From assembly GCA_963746845.1 (NCBI GenBank), contig CAVVCZ010000004.1, positions 1,152,001-1,216,000 on the forward strand: 64,000 nucleotides of DNA, given 5' to 3'. The DNA is from an uncultured Chloroflexia bacterium (GTDB lineage: Bacteria; Chloroflexota; Limnocylindria; Limnocylindrales; CSP1-4). Below, in pieces: positions 56,406 to 64,000 of this stretch. Each line of letters begins with the position of its first letter. Position 1 is the stretch's first letter. A program made the translations under genes and the position numbers. A model generated the notes under the pieces. That model did no database searches. It saw nothing but the letters and a program-made list of their open reading frames with translations, and was not told where the DNA came from.

Positions 56406-57311
56406 CTACGCGTCGTCGCCGGGGACGGCGCTGTCGGTCTCCGTGTCGTCCGCGGTCGCGGACGGCTCGTCCGCCGTCCCGTCCGCCGTCTCGATGACGG
56501 CCGCGGCGTCGACCGGCGCTTCGGTCTCGGCACCGGACCCGCTCGGGGCCTCGTCGTCGACCGGCGCGGCTGCCTCGGCCGCGGACGCCGTGTCCGCGTC
56601 GTCCGGGACGTCCGCCGCCTTGGCCTTCGCGGGCCTGGACGCCTTCTCCTTCGCGACCGCCGCGGCCTCCGCCGTGGCGGTTGCCTTGTCGGCGTCGCGG
56701 CGTGCCCGCGCGTCGACCTTGCGGTCGGCGGCGTCGCGGCCGGCCGCGGTCCGGGCCACGCGGGGCGTCCGGACGATGGGCTCGCCGTCCGCGCCGAGCG
56801 CGGGGAGGCTCTCGGCCGGGACCTCGAGGATGCTCACCGCGCCTCCGGCGGCCTCGATCTTCGCGGTCGCCGACCTGGTGAACGCGTCGGCCACGACGAA
56901 CAGGGCCGTCGAGAGCTCGCCGCCGCCGAGCACCTTGAGGGGCTTCCGGACGTCACGGACGAGGCCGACCGCCCGCAGGATGTCGGCGTTGATCGTCAGC
57001 TGCTCGCCCTTCTTCGGCGCGGTCCCGGCCGCGGCGAACGCCCCGGCCTCGACCCGCCCGGCGATGTCGCCGACGTTGACGATCTCGTAGACGACCTTCG
57101 CCCGGTTCTTGAAGCCGCGCAGCTTCGGAATCCGCATGTGGAGCGGGGTCTGGCCGCCCTCGAACCACGGCGGGATCGAGCCACCGGCACGGGCCTTCTG
57201 GCCCTTCGTGCCCCGGCCGGCGGTCTTGCCCTTGCCCGCGGCGATGCCGCGGCCGACCCGGGTCCGGGCGACGCGGGCGCCGTCGGCGGGGCGCAGGTCG
57301 TGGAGCTTCAT
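56406..57311 (-). CDS. rplO: 50S ribosomal protein L15 with long C-terminal extension
   Basis: RVGRG, GRGTKGQKAR, FEGGQTP, KIEAAGG; 301 aa in total. Confidence 0.95.
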   Translation of the reverse strand: MKLHDLRPADGARVARTRVGRGIAAGKGKTAGRGTKGQKARAGGSIPPWFEGGQTPLHMRIPKLRGFKNRAKVVYEIVNVGDIAGRVEAGAFAAAGTAPKKGEQLTINADILRAVGLVRDVRKPLKVLGGGELSTALFVVADAFTRSATAKIEAAGGAVSILEVPAESLPALGADGEPIVRTPRVARTAAGRDAADRKVDARARRDADKATATAEAAAVAKEKASRPAKAKAADVPDDADTASAAEAAAPVDDEAPSGSGAETEAPVDAAAVIETADGTADEPSATADDTETDSAVPGDDA

Positions 57312-57517
57312 GCCTTCTCCTGGGAATCCGGCCCGGCGATCTCCTCGACCGTGACGAGGAAGCGGACCTGGCGGACCATGCCGCGGGTCGCGGGGTTGTC
57401 GGTGATCTCGACCGTGTGCCCGATCCGCTTCAGCCCGAGGGCGCGGATCGTCGCCCGGTTGCGGGCGATGTGGCTGATCGTGCTCTTCGTCTGGGTCACG
57501 CGGAGCTTAGCGACCAT
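57308..57517 (-). CDS. rpmD: 50S ribosomal protein L30
   Basis: TQTKS, ALGLKRI, RGMV. Confidence 0.95.
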   Translation of the reverse strand: MVAKLRVTQTKSTISHIARNRATIRALGLKRIGHTVEITDNPATRGMVRQVRFLVTVEEIAGPDSQEKA

Positions 57518-58049
57518 CGGCGGCCTCCATCGCGACCGGCGCCGGCTGCCCGGAGATCCGGATCGTCAGCTTGACGCCACGCCGCGCGCTGAGCTCCTCG
57601 GCGGAGTGCAGGCTGCGGAGCGCCTCGATCGTCGCCCGGGTCACGTTGACCGGGTTCGTCGAGCCGTGAGTCTTGGCGAGGATGTCGCGGATGCCGGCCG
57701 CCTCGACGACGGCGCGGACGGCGCCACCGGCGATCACGCCGGTTCCCTGCGACGCCGGCTTCAGCATGACGCGGGACGCCGAGAACACCTGGCGGACCTC
57801 GTGGGGGATCGTCGTCCCGACCATCGGAATCCGGATGAGGTTCTTCTTCGCGTCCTCGACGCCCTTGCGGATCGCCTCGGGGACCTCGCCGGCCTTGCCG
57901 AGCCCGGCGCCGACATAGCCGGCGCCGTCGCCGACGACGACGACCGCAGAGAAGCTGAAGCGACGGCCTCCCTTGACGACCTTCGCCACCCGGTTGATCT
58001 GGACGACGCGCTCCTCGAGCGCGAGCTTGTTGGGGTCGATGCGTGCCAC
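57507..58049 (-). CDS. rpsE: 30S ribosomal protein S5
   Basis: [22 protein letters not shown]. Confidence 0.98.
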   Translation of the reverse strand: MARIDPNKLALEERVVQINRVAKVVKGGRRFSFSAVVVVGDGAGYVGAGLGKAGEVPEAIRKGVEDAKKNLIRIPMVGTTIPHEVRQVFSASRVMLKPASQGTGVIAGGAVRAVVEAAGIRDILAKTHGSTNPVNVTRATIEALRSLHSAEELSARRGVKLTIRISGQPAPVAMEAADGR

Positions 58050-58064
58050 GTCAGCTCCTCACGA

Positions 58065-58427
58065 TCAGAAGTCGAGGCCGGCTTCGCGGGCGGCATCGGC
58101 GAGCGACTTGATCCGCCCGTGGTACCGGAACCCGGCTCGATCGAAGACGACGCGCTCGACGCCTGCGGTCTTCGCCCGCTCGGCGATCAGGCGCCCGACG
58201 ACGGCCGCCTCCTCGGTCTTCGTCTGCTTGGAGCCGCGAAGCTCCTTCTCGACGGTCGACGCCGCGGCGAGGGTCTTGCCCGTCCCGTCGTCGATGACCT
58301 GCGCGTAGATGTGGATGTTGCTGCGGAAGACTGCGAGACGCGGCCGCGACCCGGTCCCCTCCAGGCGGAGGCGGATCCGGTCGTGGCGCTTGCGTCGTGC
58401 GGCGCCGCGGCTGGCAACCTGCGTCAT
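58065..58427 (-). CDS. rplR: 50S ribosomal protein L18
   Basis: [17 protein letters not shown]. Confidence 0.98.
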   Translation of the reverse strand: MTQVASRGAARRKRHDRIRLRLEGTGSRPRLAVFRSNIHIYAQVIDDGTGKTLAAASTVEKELRGSKQTKTEEAAVVGRLIAERAKTAGVERVVFDRAGFRYHGRIKSLADAAREAGLDF

Positions 58428-58448
58428 CGTGTTCGTTCCTTCACTGGG

Positions 58449-59000
58449 TTACTTCTTTCCGCCGATCTTGCCGGCCTTGCCGGCCTTGCGGCGGATCTGC
58501 TCCCCGGCGTAGCGGACGCCCTTGCCCTTGTACGGCTCGGGCTTGCGCGTCGCGCGGACCCGGGCGGCGATCTGCCCGACCAGCTCCTTGTCGATCCCGA
58601 CGACCGCCAGGCGGGTCGGGTTCTCGACCTCGAAGCTGATGCCGGTCGGCGGATCGATCTCGATCGGGTGGCTGTAGCCCAGGTTGAGCTGGAGCTTCTC
58701 GCCGACCTTCGTTGCGCGATAGCCGACGCCGGTGATCTCGAGGCCCTTGCGGTACCCGTCGGTCACCCCGACGACCATGTTGTTGACCAACGTCCGGGTG
58801 AGCCCGTGGAGCTGCTTGTGGGTCTTCTGTTCCGTCGGCCGGGTGACGACGAGCGTGCCGTCCTCGCGGCTGACGGTCATGTCCGGGTGGAGGTCCCGGG
58901 TCAGGGTGCCCTTGGGGCCCGTGACCGTGAGCCGTCGGCCCTCGATCGTCACGTCGACGGTCGAGGGAACGGTGATGGGCAGGCGGCCGATCCGTGACAT
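58449..59000 (-). CDS. rplF: 50S ribosomal protein L6
   Basis: [18 protein letters not shown]. Confidence 0.98.
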   Translation of the reverse strand: MSRIGRLPITVPSTVDVTIEGRRLTVTGPKGTLTRDLHPDMTVSREDGTLVVTRPTEQKTHKQLHGLTRTLVNNMVVGVTDGYRKGLEITGVGYRATKVGEKLQLNLGYSHPIEIDPPTGISFEVENPTRLAVVGIDKELVGQIAARVRATRKPEPYKGKGVRYAGEQIRRKAGKAGKIGGKK

Positions 59001-59010
59001 GTCTTCGCCC

Positions 59011-59409
59011 CTACCAGACGAACGCGAGGACTTCGCCGCCGAGCTCGGCCTTCTTGGCCTGCGCGCCGGTCATGATCCCCTGGCTCGTGCTGACGATCAC
59101 GATGCCCAGACCGCCGAGCACGCGCGGGATGTCGGTCTTGCGGGCATAGACCCGCAGCCCGGGCTTGCTGATCCGCTTCAGCCCGGACACGACCGGCACC
59201 TTGCCGTCGACGTACTTGAGGGTCAGGCGCAGGACGAGCGTCGGGCCGTCCTGCTCCTCGCGGACGTCGGCGATGAAGCCCTCGTCCTTGAGGATCCGGG
59301 CGATCTCGCGCTTCGTCCGCGACGCCGGCACGACGACCTCGGTGTGGTGCGCCCGGGAGGCGTTCCGCACGCGAGTCAGCATGTCGGCGATCGGGTCGGA
59401 GATGTTCAT
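59011..59409 (-). CDS. rpsH: 30S ribosomal protein S8
   Basis: [24 protein letters not shown]. Confidence 0.98.
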   Translation of the reverse strand: MNISDPIADMLTRVRNASRAHHTEVVVPASRTKREIARILKDEGFIADVREEQDGPTLVLRLTLKYVDGKVPVVSGLKRISKPGLRVYARKTDIPRVLGGLGIVIVSTSQGIMTGAQAKKAELGGEVLAFVW

Positions 59410-59415
59410 CGTTCT

Positions 59416-59601
59416 CTACCAGCTCGACTTCGTGACGCCCGGCAGCTCGCCCAGCAGGGCGCGCTCCCGGAAGCAGATCCGGCACAGGGCGAACCGCCGC
59501 ATGTAGGCGCGCGAGCGCCCGCACACGAAGCATCGGCTGTAGCCGCGAACCTTGAACTTCGGTTCGCGCTTCTGCTTGGCGATCAATGATTTCTTGGCCA
59601 T
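59416..59601 (-). CDS. rpsN: 30S ribosomal protein S14 (type Z)
   Basis: MAKKS...RCFVCGR...LCRICFR...KSSW; 61 aa. Confidence 0.97.
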   Translation of the reverse strand: MAKKSLIAKQKREPKFKVRGYSRCFVCGRSRAYMRRFALCRICFRERALLGELPGVTKSSW

Positions 59602-59618
59602 CGTGTCCTCCCCCGCGC

Positions 59619-60161
59619 CTACGAGGCGAAGGGCATGCCGAGGAGCTCGAGCAGACGCTTGCTCTCCTCGTCGGTCTTCGCCGTCGTCACGATGCTGATC
59701 TCCAGCCCGCGGAGACGGTCCACCTTGTCGTATTCGATCTCGGGGAACGCGAGCTGCTCGCGAAGCCCGAGGCTGAAGTTGCCGCGCCCGTCGAACGACT
59801 TGCCGGGGACGCCGCGGAAGTCGCGGATCCGGGGCAGGGCGAGGGTCGTGAGACGTTCGAGGAAGTCCCACATCCGCTCGCCGCGGAGGGTCACCTTGGC
59901 CCCGATCGTGTTGCCCGTCCGGAGCCGGAACTGGGCGATCGAGCGCTTGGCCTTCGTCACGATCGGCTTCTGGCCGGTGATCATGCTCAGGTCGCCGACG
60001 GCCGCGTCCAGCGCCTTGGCGTTGGTCAGCGCCTCGCCGAGGCCGATGTTCACGACGATCTTCGCGAGCCGCGGCACTTCCATCGGATTGCCGTACTCGA
60101 ACTGCTTCTGGAGGGCCGGCACGACCTCGGTCGTGTAGCGCGCGTGCAGCAGGCTGCTCAC
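59619..60161 (-). CDS. rplE: 50S ribosomal protein L5
   Basis: [31 protein letters not shown]; GTGA overlap with rplX. Confidence 0.97.
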   Translation of the reverse strand: MSSLLHARYTTEVVPALQKQFEYGNPMEVPRLAKIVVNIGLGEALTNAKALDAAVGDLSMITGQKPIVTKAKRSIAQFRLRTGNTIGAKVTLRGERMWDFLERLTTLALPRIRDFRGVPGKSFDGRGNFSLGLREQLAFPEIEYDKVDRLRGLEISIVTTAKTDEESKRLLELLGMPFAS

Positions 60162-60610
60162 AGACGCACCTCCACCTGCTCGCCGCAGTGGCGGCAGACG
60201 CGCACGCGCCGGCCGTTCTCGAGCGTCTTGTGGGCGATCCGGGTCGGCTTGTCGCAGTGGGTGCAGACGAGCATCACCTTGCTCATCGCCATCGGCTGGG
60301 CGAGATCGAGGATGCCGCCCTGGGTGATCTTCGGCGTCCGGTCGGTCGTGTTCGAGCTCTGGCGCGGCTTCGTGTGGCGCTTCGCGATGTTGATCCCGTC
60401 GACGACGACCGCGGTCGTCGCGAGCGGGGACATCGTCTTCCACGCGGCGCCGTACTTCGACTGCGACTTCTTGTGGCCCTGCCGGTTGGTCACGACGTGA
60501 TCGACCGTGCCGCGCTTGCCGGCGTCCTTGCCGGTCAGCACGACGACCGTGTCGCCGCGACGGATCTCGGGGACCTTGGTGACCCGCTTCTGGGTCCGCC
60601 CGGCGGCCAT
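60158..60610 (-). CDS. rplX: 50S ribosomal protein L24 with internal insertion
   Basis: KOW motif [27 protein letters not shown]-terminal CTHC...CRHC; 150 aa. Confidence 0.93.
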   Translation of the reverse strand: MAAGRTQKRVTKVPEIRRGDTVVVLTGKDAGKRGTVDHVVTNRQGHKKSQSKYGAAWKTMSPLATTAVVVDGINIAKRHTKPRQSSNTTDRTPKITQGGILDLAQPMAMSKVMLVCTHCDKPTRIAHKTLENGRRVRVCRHCGEQVEVRL

Positions 60611-60978
60611 CACAGCACCTCCGGGGCGAGCGACACGATCTTCATGTAGTTCCGGTCCCGTAGCTCGCGCGCGACCGGGCCGAAGATCCGGGTCCCGCGC
60701 GGGTTGCCCTGGTTGTTGATGAGGACGGCGGCGTTCTCGTCGAACCGGATGTAGCTGCCGTCGGGACGGCCGTACTCCTTGGCGGTCCGCACGACGACGG
60801 CCCGGACGACGTCGCCCTTCTTGACGGCGGCGTTCGGAATCGCCTGCTTGACGCTGGCGATGATCACGTCGCCGACGCCGGCAGAGGTCTTCAGCGAGCG
60901 GCCCATGACCCGGATGCACTGGATCGACCGGGCGCCCGTGTTGTCGGCGACGCGCAGACGCGACTGGGGCTGGATCAC
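60610..60978 (-). CDS. rplN: 50S ribosomal protein L14
   Basis: [26 protein letters not shown]. Confidence 0.98.
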   Translation of the reverse strand: MIQPQSRLRVADNTGARSIQCIRVMGRSLKTSAGVGDVIIASVKQAIPNAAVKKGDVVRAVVVRTAKEYGRPDGSYIRFDENAAVLINNQGNPRGTRIFGPVARELRDRNYMKIVSLAPEVL

Positions 60979-61412
60979 GCCTCGGCCTCCTCGCCGATCG
61001 GCGCCGCCTCGGCGATCACCTCGGCCGCGGCCGGGTCAGCCTCGGCCGCCGCCTCGCGCGTCCGGCCCGGGTGGGCGGCCGCGTGGATCGCCTCGGACGT
61101 CTCGGCCTCATCGGCCACGAGGTCCGCGGAGCTGCCGTGCTCGCCGGCCCGCTGGACGATCTTCACCAGGCGCCAGCGCTTGGTCGCCGAGAGCGGCCGC
61201 GACTCCTCGATCATGACGGTGTCGCCGACGTGGGCGTCGTTCTCCTCGTCATGGGCCTTGAACTTCGTCGTCAGCCGGATGACGCGCTTGTAGAGAGGGT
61301 GGCGCGTCAGGCGCTCGACGGACACGACGATCGTCTTGTCCATCTTGTCGCTGACGACGCGGCCGACCTTCGTCTTCCGCTTGTTCTGCACCGGGGTGGT
61401 TGCTCCTGTCAT
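60975..61412 (-). CDS. rpsQ: 30S ribosomal protein S17 with acidic C-terminal tail
   Basis: [28 protein letters not shown]; 145 aa. Confidence 0.96.
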   Translation of the reverse strand: MTGATTPVQNKRKTKVGRVVSDKMDKTIVVSVERLTRHPLYKRVIRLTTKFKAHDEENDAHVGDTVMIEESRPLSATKRWRLVKIVQRAGEHGSSADLVADEAETSEAIHAAAHPGRTREAAAEADPAAAEVIAEAAPIGEEAEA

Positions 61413-61425
61413 CGCGTGATCTCCC

Positions 61426-61632
61426 TCACGCCGTCTTCGCGCGGGCGCCGGAGCGCTCCCGCTGGACGGTCAGGATCCGCGCGATCGTTCGCCGCGTCTG
61501 CGGGATCGTGCTGTAGTCCTTCAACTGGCGGGTCGACAGCGCGAAGCGGGCCTGCCAGAGGTCCTGCTTCGCCTCGCGAAGTGCGTTCTCGAGCTCCGTG
61601 TCGGAGAGCTCGCGGACCTTCACGATGTCCAT
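61426..61632 (-). CDS. rpmC: 50S ribosomal protein L29
   Basis: [16 protein letters not shown]; canonical position. Confidence 0.93.
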   Translation of the reverse strand: MDIVKVRELSDTELENALREAKQDLWQARFALSTRQLKDYSTIPQTRRTIARILTVQRERSGARAKTA

Positions 61633-62057
61633 CAGCTCGCCTCCTTGGCGCCGTCACGCATCACGACGCGGGTGGCGACCGGCAGCTTGTGGCTGGCGAG
61701 GCGCATCGCCTCGACCGCCGACGCGTGGTCGACACCGGCCATCTCGAACAGGATCCGGCCGGGGCGGACGACGGCGACCCAGTGATCCGGGGCGCCCTTG
61801 CCCGAGCCCATCCGGGTCTCGGCGGGCTTCTTGGTCGCCGGCTTGTCCGGGAAGATCCGGATCCAGATCTTGCCGCCGCGCTTGACGGATCGGGTCATCG
61901 CCCGCCGGGCGGCCTCGATCTGGCGGCTCGTGATCCAGGCCGGCTCCTGGGTGGCCAGGCCGTACTCGCCGAATGCCACGGTGTGGCCGCCCTTGGCCAT
62001 CCCGGACATCCGGCCGCGCATCACCTTGCGGTGCTTGACGCGTCGGGGCATCAGCAT
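61632..62057 (-). CDS. rplP: 50S ribosomal protein L16
   Basis: QIEAAR, FPDKP, RMGSGKG. Confidence 0.98.
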   Translation of the reverse strand: MLMPRRVKHRKVMRGRMSGMAKGGHTVAFGEYGLATQEPAWITSRQIEAARRAMTRSVKRGGKIWIRIFPDKPATKKPAETRMGSGKGAPDHWVAVVRPGRILFEMAGVDHASAVEAMRLASHKLPVATRVVMRDGAKEAS

Positions 62058-62060
62058 GGG

Positions 62061-62744
62061 TCAGCTCCCCTGCCCGACGACCGCGGGCGGGTTCGTCGCC
62101 TCGTGCGGCAGCTGCCGCTCGGGGGCGAAGTCGCCGCGATAGATCCAGACCTTGACGCCGATGCGGCCGTAGGTCGTGTGGGCGTGGATCTGGCCGTAGC
62201 TGATGTCGGCGCGGAGCGTCCCGAGCGGGATGCGCCCCTCGCGGTCCCACTCGCGCCGACCCATCTCGGAGCCGCCGAGGCGGCCGGAGACGGCGATCCG
62301 GACGCCCTTGGCGCCGGCCTTCATCGACCGCTGGATCGACTGCTTCATCGCCTTCTTGAAGGCGATCCGCCGGGTGAGCTGTCCGGCGATGTTCATCGCG
62401 ACGAGGTGGGCGTCGAGCTCCGGCTGGCGGATCTCCTTGATCTCCAGCTTGACCCGGCGCTTCGTGAGCCCGCCGATCTGCTGGCGGAGGATCTCGACGT
62501 TGGCCCCGCCCTTGCCGATGACGATCCCGGGCTTCGCCGTGTGGATCGTGACGGTCACGTGGTTGATGCCGCGCTCGATCTCGACGCCCGACACGCTCGC
62601 GTTGGCGAGCCGCCGCTCGACGAGCTTGCGGATCGTGATGTCCTCCTTGAGGAGGGACGTGTATTCCTTGTCCGCGTACCACTTCGCGGTCCAGGTGCGC
62701 GAGACACCCAGGCGGAAGCCGTACGGATGGACTTTCCTGCCCAT
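62061..62744 (-). CDS. rpsC: 30S ribosomal protein S3
   Basis: [34 protein letters not shown]. Confidence 0.98.
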   Translation of the reverse strand: MGRKVHPYGFRLGVSRTWTAKWYADKEYTSLLKEDITIRKLVERRLANASVSGVEIERGINHVTVTIHTAKPGIVIGKGGANVEILRQQIGGLTKRRVKLEIKEIRQPELDAHLVAMNIAGQLTRRIAFKKAMKQSIQRSMKAGAKGVRIAVSGRLGGSEMGRREWDREGRIPLGTLRADISYGQIHAHTTYGRIGVKVWIYRGDFAPERQLPHEATNPPAVVGQGS

Positions 62745-62746
62745 GT

Positions 62747-63085
62747 TCAGGCCTCCCGGTCCGCGACGATGATCGTGATGTGAGTCATGGGCTTGTGGAT
62801 CGGGAACGCCCGGCCCTGGGCCCGCGGCCGCCAGCGCTTGATCGTCGGGCCCTCGTTGGCGATGGCGTCGGCGACGATCAGATCCTCGGCGGACAGGTTG
62901 TGGTTGTTCTCCGCGTTGGCGGTCGCGCTCTTCAGCACGCGCAGCACGTCGGCCGCGGCGTGCTGCGGCATGAACCGGAGCAGATCCGCGGCCTCCTCGA
63001 CCGGCCGGCCGCGGATCGCGGCGACGACGAGGTTGGCCTTGCGGGTCGACCCGCGGAGATACTTGGCGGTGGCGGACACGCGCAC
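62747..63085 (-). CDS. rplV: 50S ribosomal protein L22
   Basis: SATANAENN, GPTIKR, PRAQGRA, HITI. Confidence 0.97.
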   Translation of the reverse strand: MRVSATAKYLRGSTRKANLVVAAIRGRPVEEAADLLRFMPQHAAADVLRVLKSATANAENNHNLSAEDLIVADAIANEGPTIKRWRPRAQGRAFPIHKPMTHITIIVADREA

Positions 63086-63097
63086 GATCGTCGGCTC

Positions 63098-63382
63098 CTA
63101 CTTCAGCGCCGTCGATCGCTCGGTGTGCTTGCCGTGCCCGCGGTAGTTGCGGGTGTGGGCGAACTCGCCGAGGCGATGGCCGACCATGTTCTCGGTCACG
63201 TAGACCGGGACGTGCTTCTTGCCGTTGTGGACCGCGATCGTGTGCCCGATGAACGACGGGAAGATCACCGACGCACGCGACCAGGTCTTGATGACCTTCT
63301 TCTCGTTGCGCCGGTTCATCTCCTCGACCCGCCCCTGGAGGCGGAGCTCGATGAACGGGCCCTTCTTGATGGAACGAGACAT
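63098..63382 (-). CDS. rpsS: 30S ribosomal protein S19
   Basis: [23 protein letters not shown]. Confidence 0.98.
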   Translation of the reverse strand: MSRSIKKGPFIELRLQGRVEEMNRRNEKKVIKTWSRASVIFPSFIGHTIAVHNGKKHVPVYVTENMVGHRLGEFAHTRNYRGHGKHTERSTALK

Positions 63383-63397
63383 CTCCGACCTCCCTCC

Positions 63398-64000
63398 TTA
63401 CTTGCGGTGGCGCGAACGGACGATCACGCGACCGGTCGTCTTGGCTCGGCGGGTGCGGTAGCCCATGGCAGGCTTGCCCCACGGGGTCTTCGGCGGCATG
63501 CCGGTGGGGGACTTGCCTTCCCCACCGCCGTGCGGATGGTCGCGCGGGTTCATGACGACGCCGCGGACCTCCGGTCGCTGCCCGAGGTGACGGGCGCGGC
63601 CGGCCTTGCCGAGATTCTGGTTCTCGTGGTCGAGGTTGCTGACCTGGCCGATCGTGGCCATGCAGCGAAGCGGGATGCGGCGCATCTCGCCCGACGGCAT
63701 CCGGACCGTCGCGGAGTCGCCTTCCTTGGCGAGGAGCTGGGCCGCCGTCCCGGCGGACCGGACGACCTGGCCGCCCTTGCCCGGGACGAGCTCGATGTTG
63801 TGGATCGTCGTGCCGAGCGGGATGTTGGCGAGCGGCAGGGCATTGCCGAGGCGTGCCTCGGCGTCGGGCCCGGCCACGATCACGTCGCCGACCTTGAGCC
63901 CGTGGGGCAGGAGCATGTAGCGCTTCTCGCCGTCGCGGTAGAAGAGCAGGCCGATCCGGGCCGACCGGTTCGGGTCGTACTCGATCGTCGCGAGCCGCGC
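63398..64000 (-). CDS. rplB: 50S ribosomal protein L2 (5'-partial)
   Basis: [37 protein letters not shown]; runs off the window end. Confidence 0.98.
   Translation of the reverse strand, partial: ARLATIEYDPNRSARIGLLFYRDGEKRYMLLPHGLKVGDVIVAGPDAEARLGNALPLANIPLGTTIHNIELVPGKGGQVVRSAGTAAQLLAKEGDSATVRMPSGEMRRIPLRCMATIGQVSNLDHENQNLGKAGRARHLGQRPEVRGVVMNPRDHPHGGGEGKSPTGMPPKTPWGKPAMGYRTRRAKTTGRVIVRSRHRK

Noticed and set aside
55032-58997. Very long alternative-frame ORFs such as 55032-58997 (+) and 3127-6231 (-)
   Set aside because: Antisense shadows of real genes, expected from stop-codon scarcity at this GC content; no domain motifs
1-64000. Mobile elements, prophage, defence systems, rRNA or tRNA genes
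   Set aside because: No transposase, integrase, phage, cas or RNA-gene signatures recognised by eye; a covariance-model search would be needed to exclude small RNAs fully

Overview
Very GC-rich bacterial core-chromosome window. Gene order (truA-rplM-rpsI after rplQ, cdaA-cdaR-glmM-glmS, alpha2-type GlyRS) suggests Chloroflexota; this is an inference. Left third: a partial GH18-like secreted protein, a membrane protein plus OmpR/BaeS-type two-component system, an M14 carboxypeptidase, a DUF2330-like protein plus cupredoxin, a Zn-alcohol dehydrogenase, a divergent ndh-ppdK / fpr-nfnAB redox cluster, a decayed patch beside ogt, solA, glyQS, a dipeptidase, an ABC exporter, a GNAT, recO and a polyprenyl synthase. 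Middle: a long minus-strand run argF-TPR-cdaA-cdaR-glmM-glmS-acpS-nnrD-alr-macro-hyp-(GlmL-like)-(partner)-tsaE-tsaB-rimI-tsaD-rsmA-ispE-ridA-glmU-hemolysin. Right quarter: the S10/spc/alpha ribosomal superoperon from partial rplB to rpsI. No rRNA, tRNA, CRISPR array or intact mobile element was seen. Best leads: a ~165-nt rod-like structured RNA candidate with an orphan terminator between recO and the polyprenyl synthase; an orphan, possibly degenerate GlmL-like ASKHA protein plus partner heading the t6A operon; CTG starts at CTGA overlaps; probable leaderless genes; an Ogt ending in a beta-clamp-like motif with a duplicated 3' remnant; and long extensions on ribosomal proteins.
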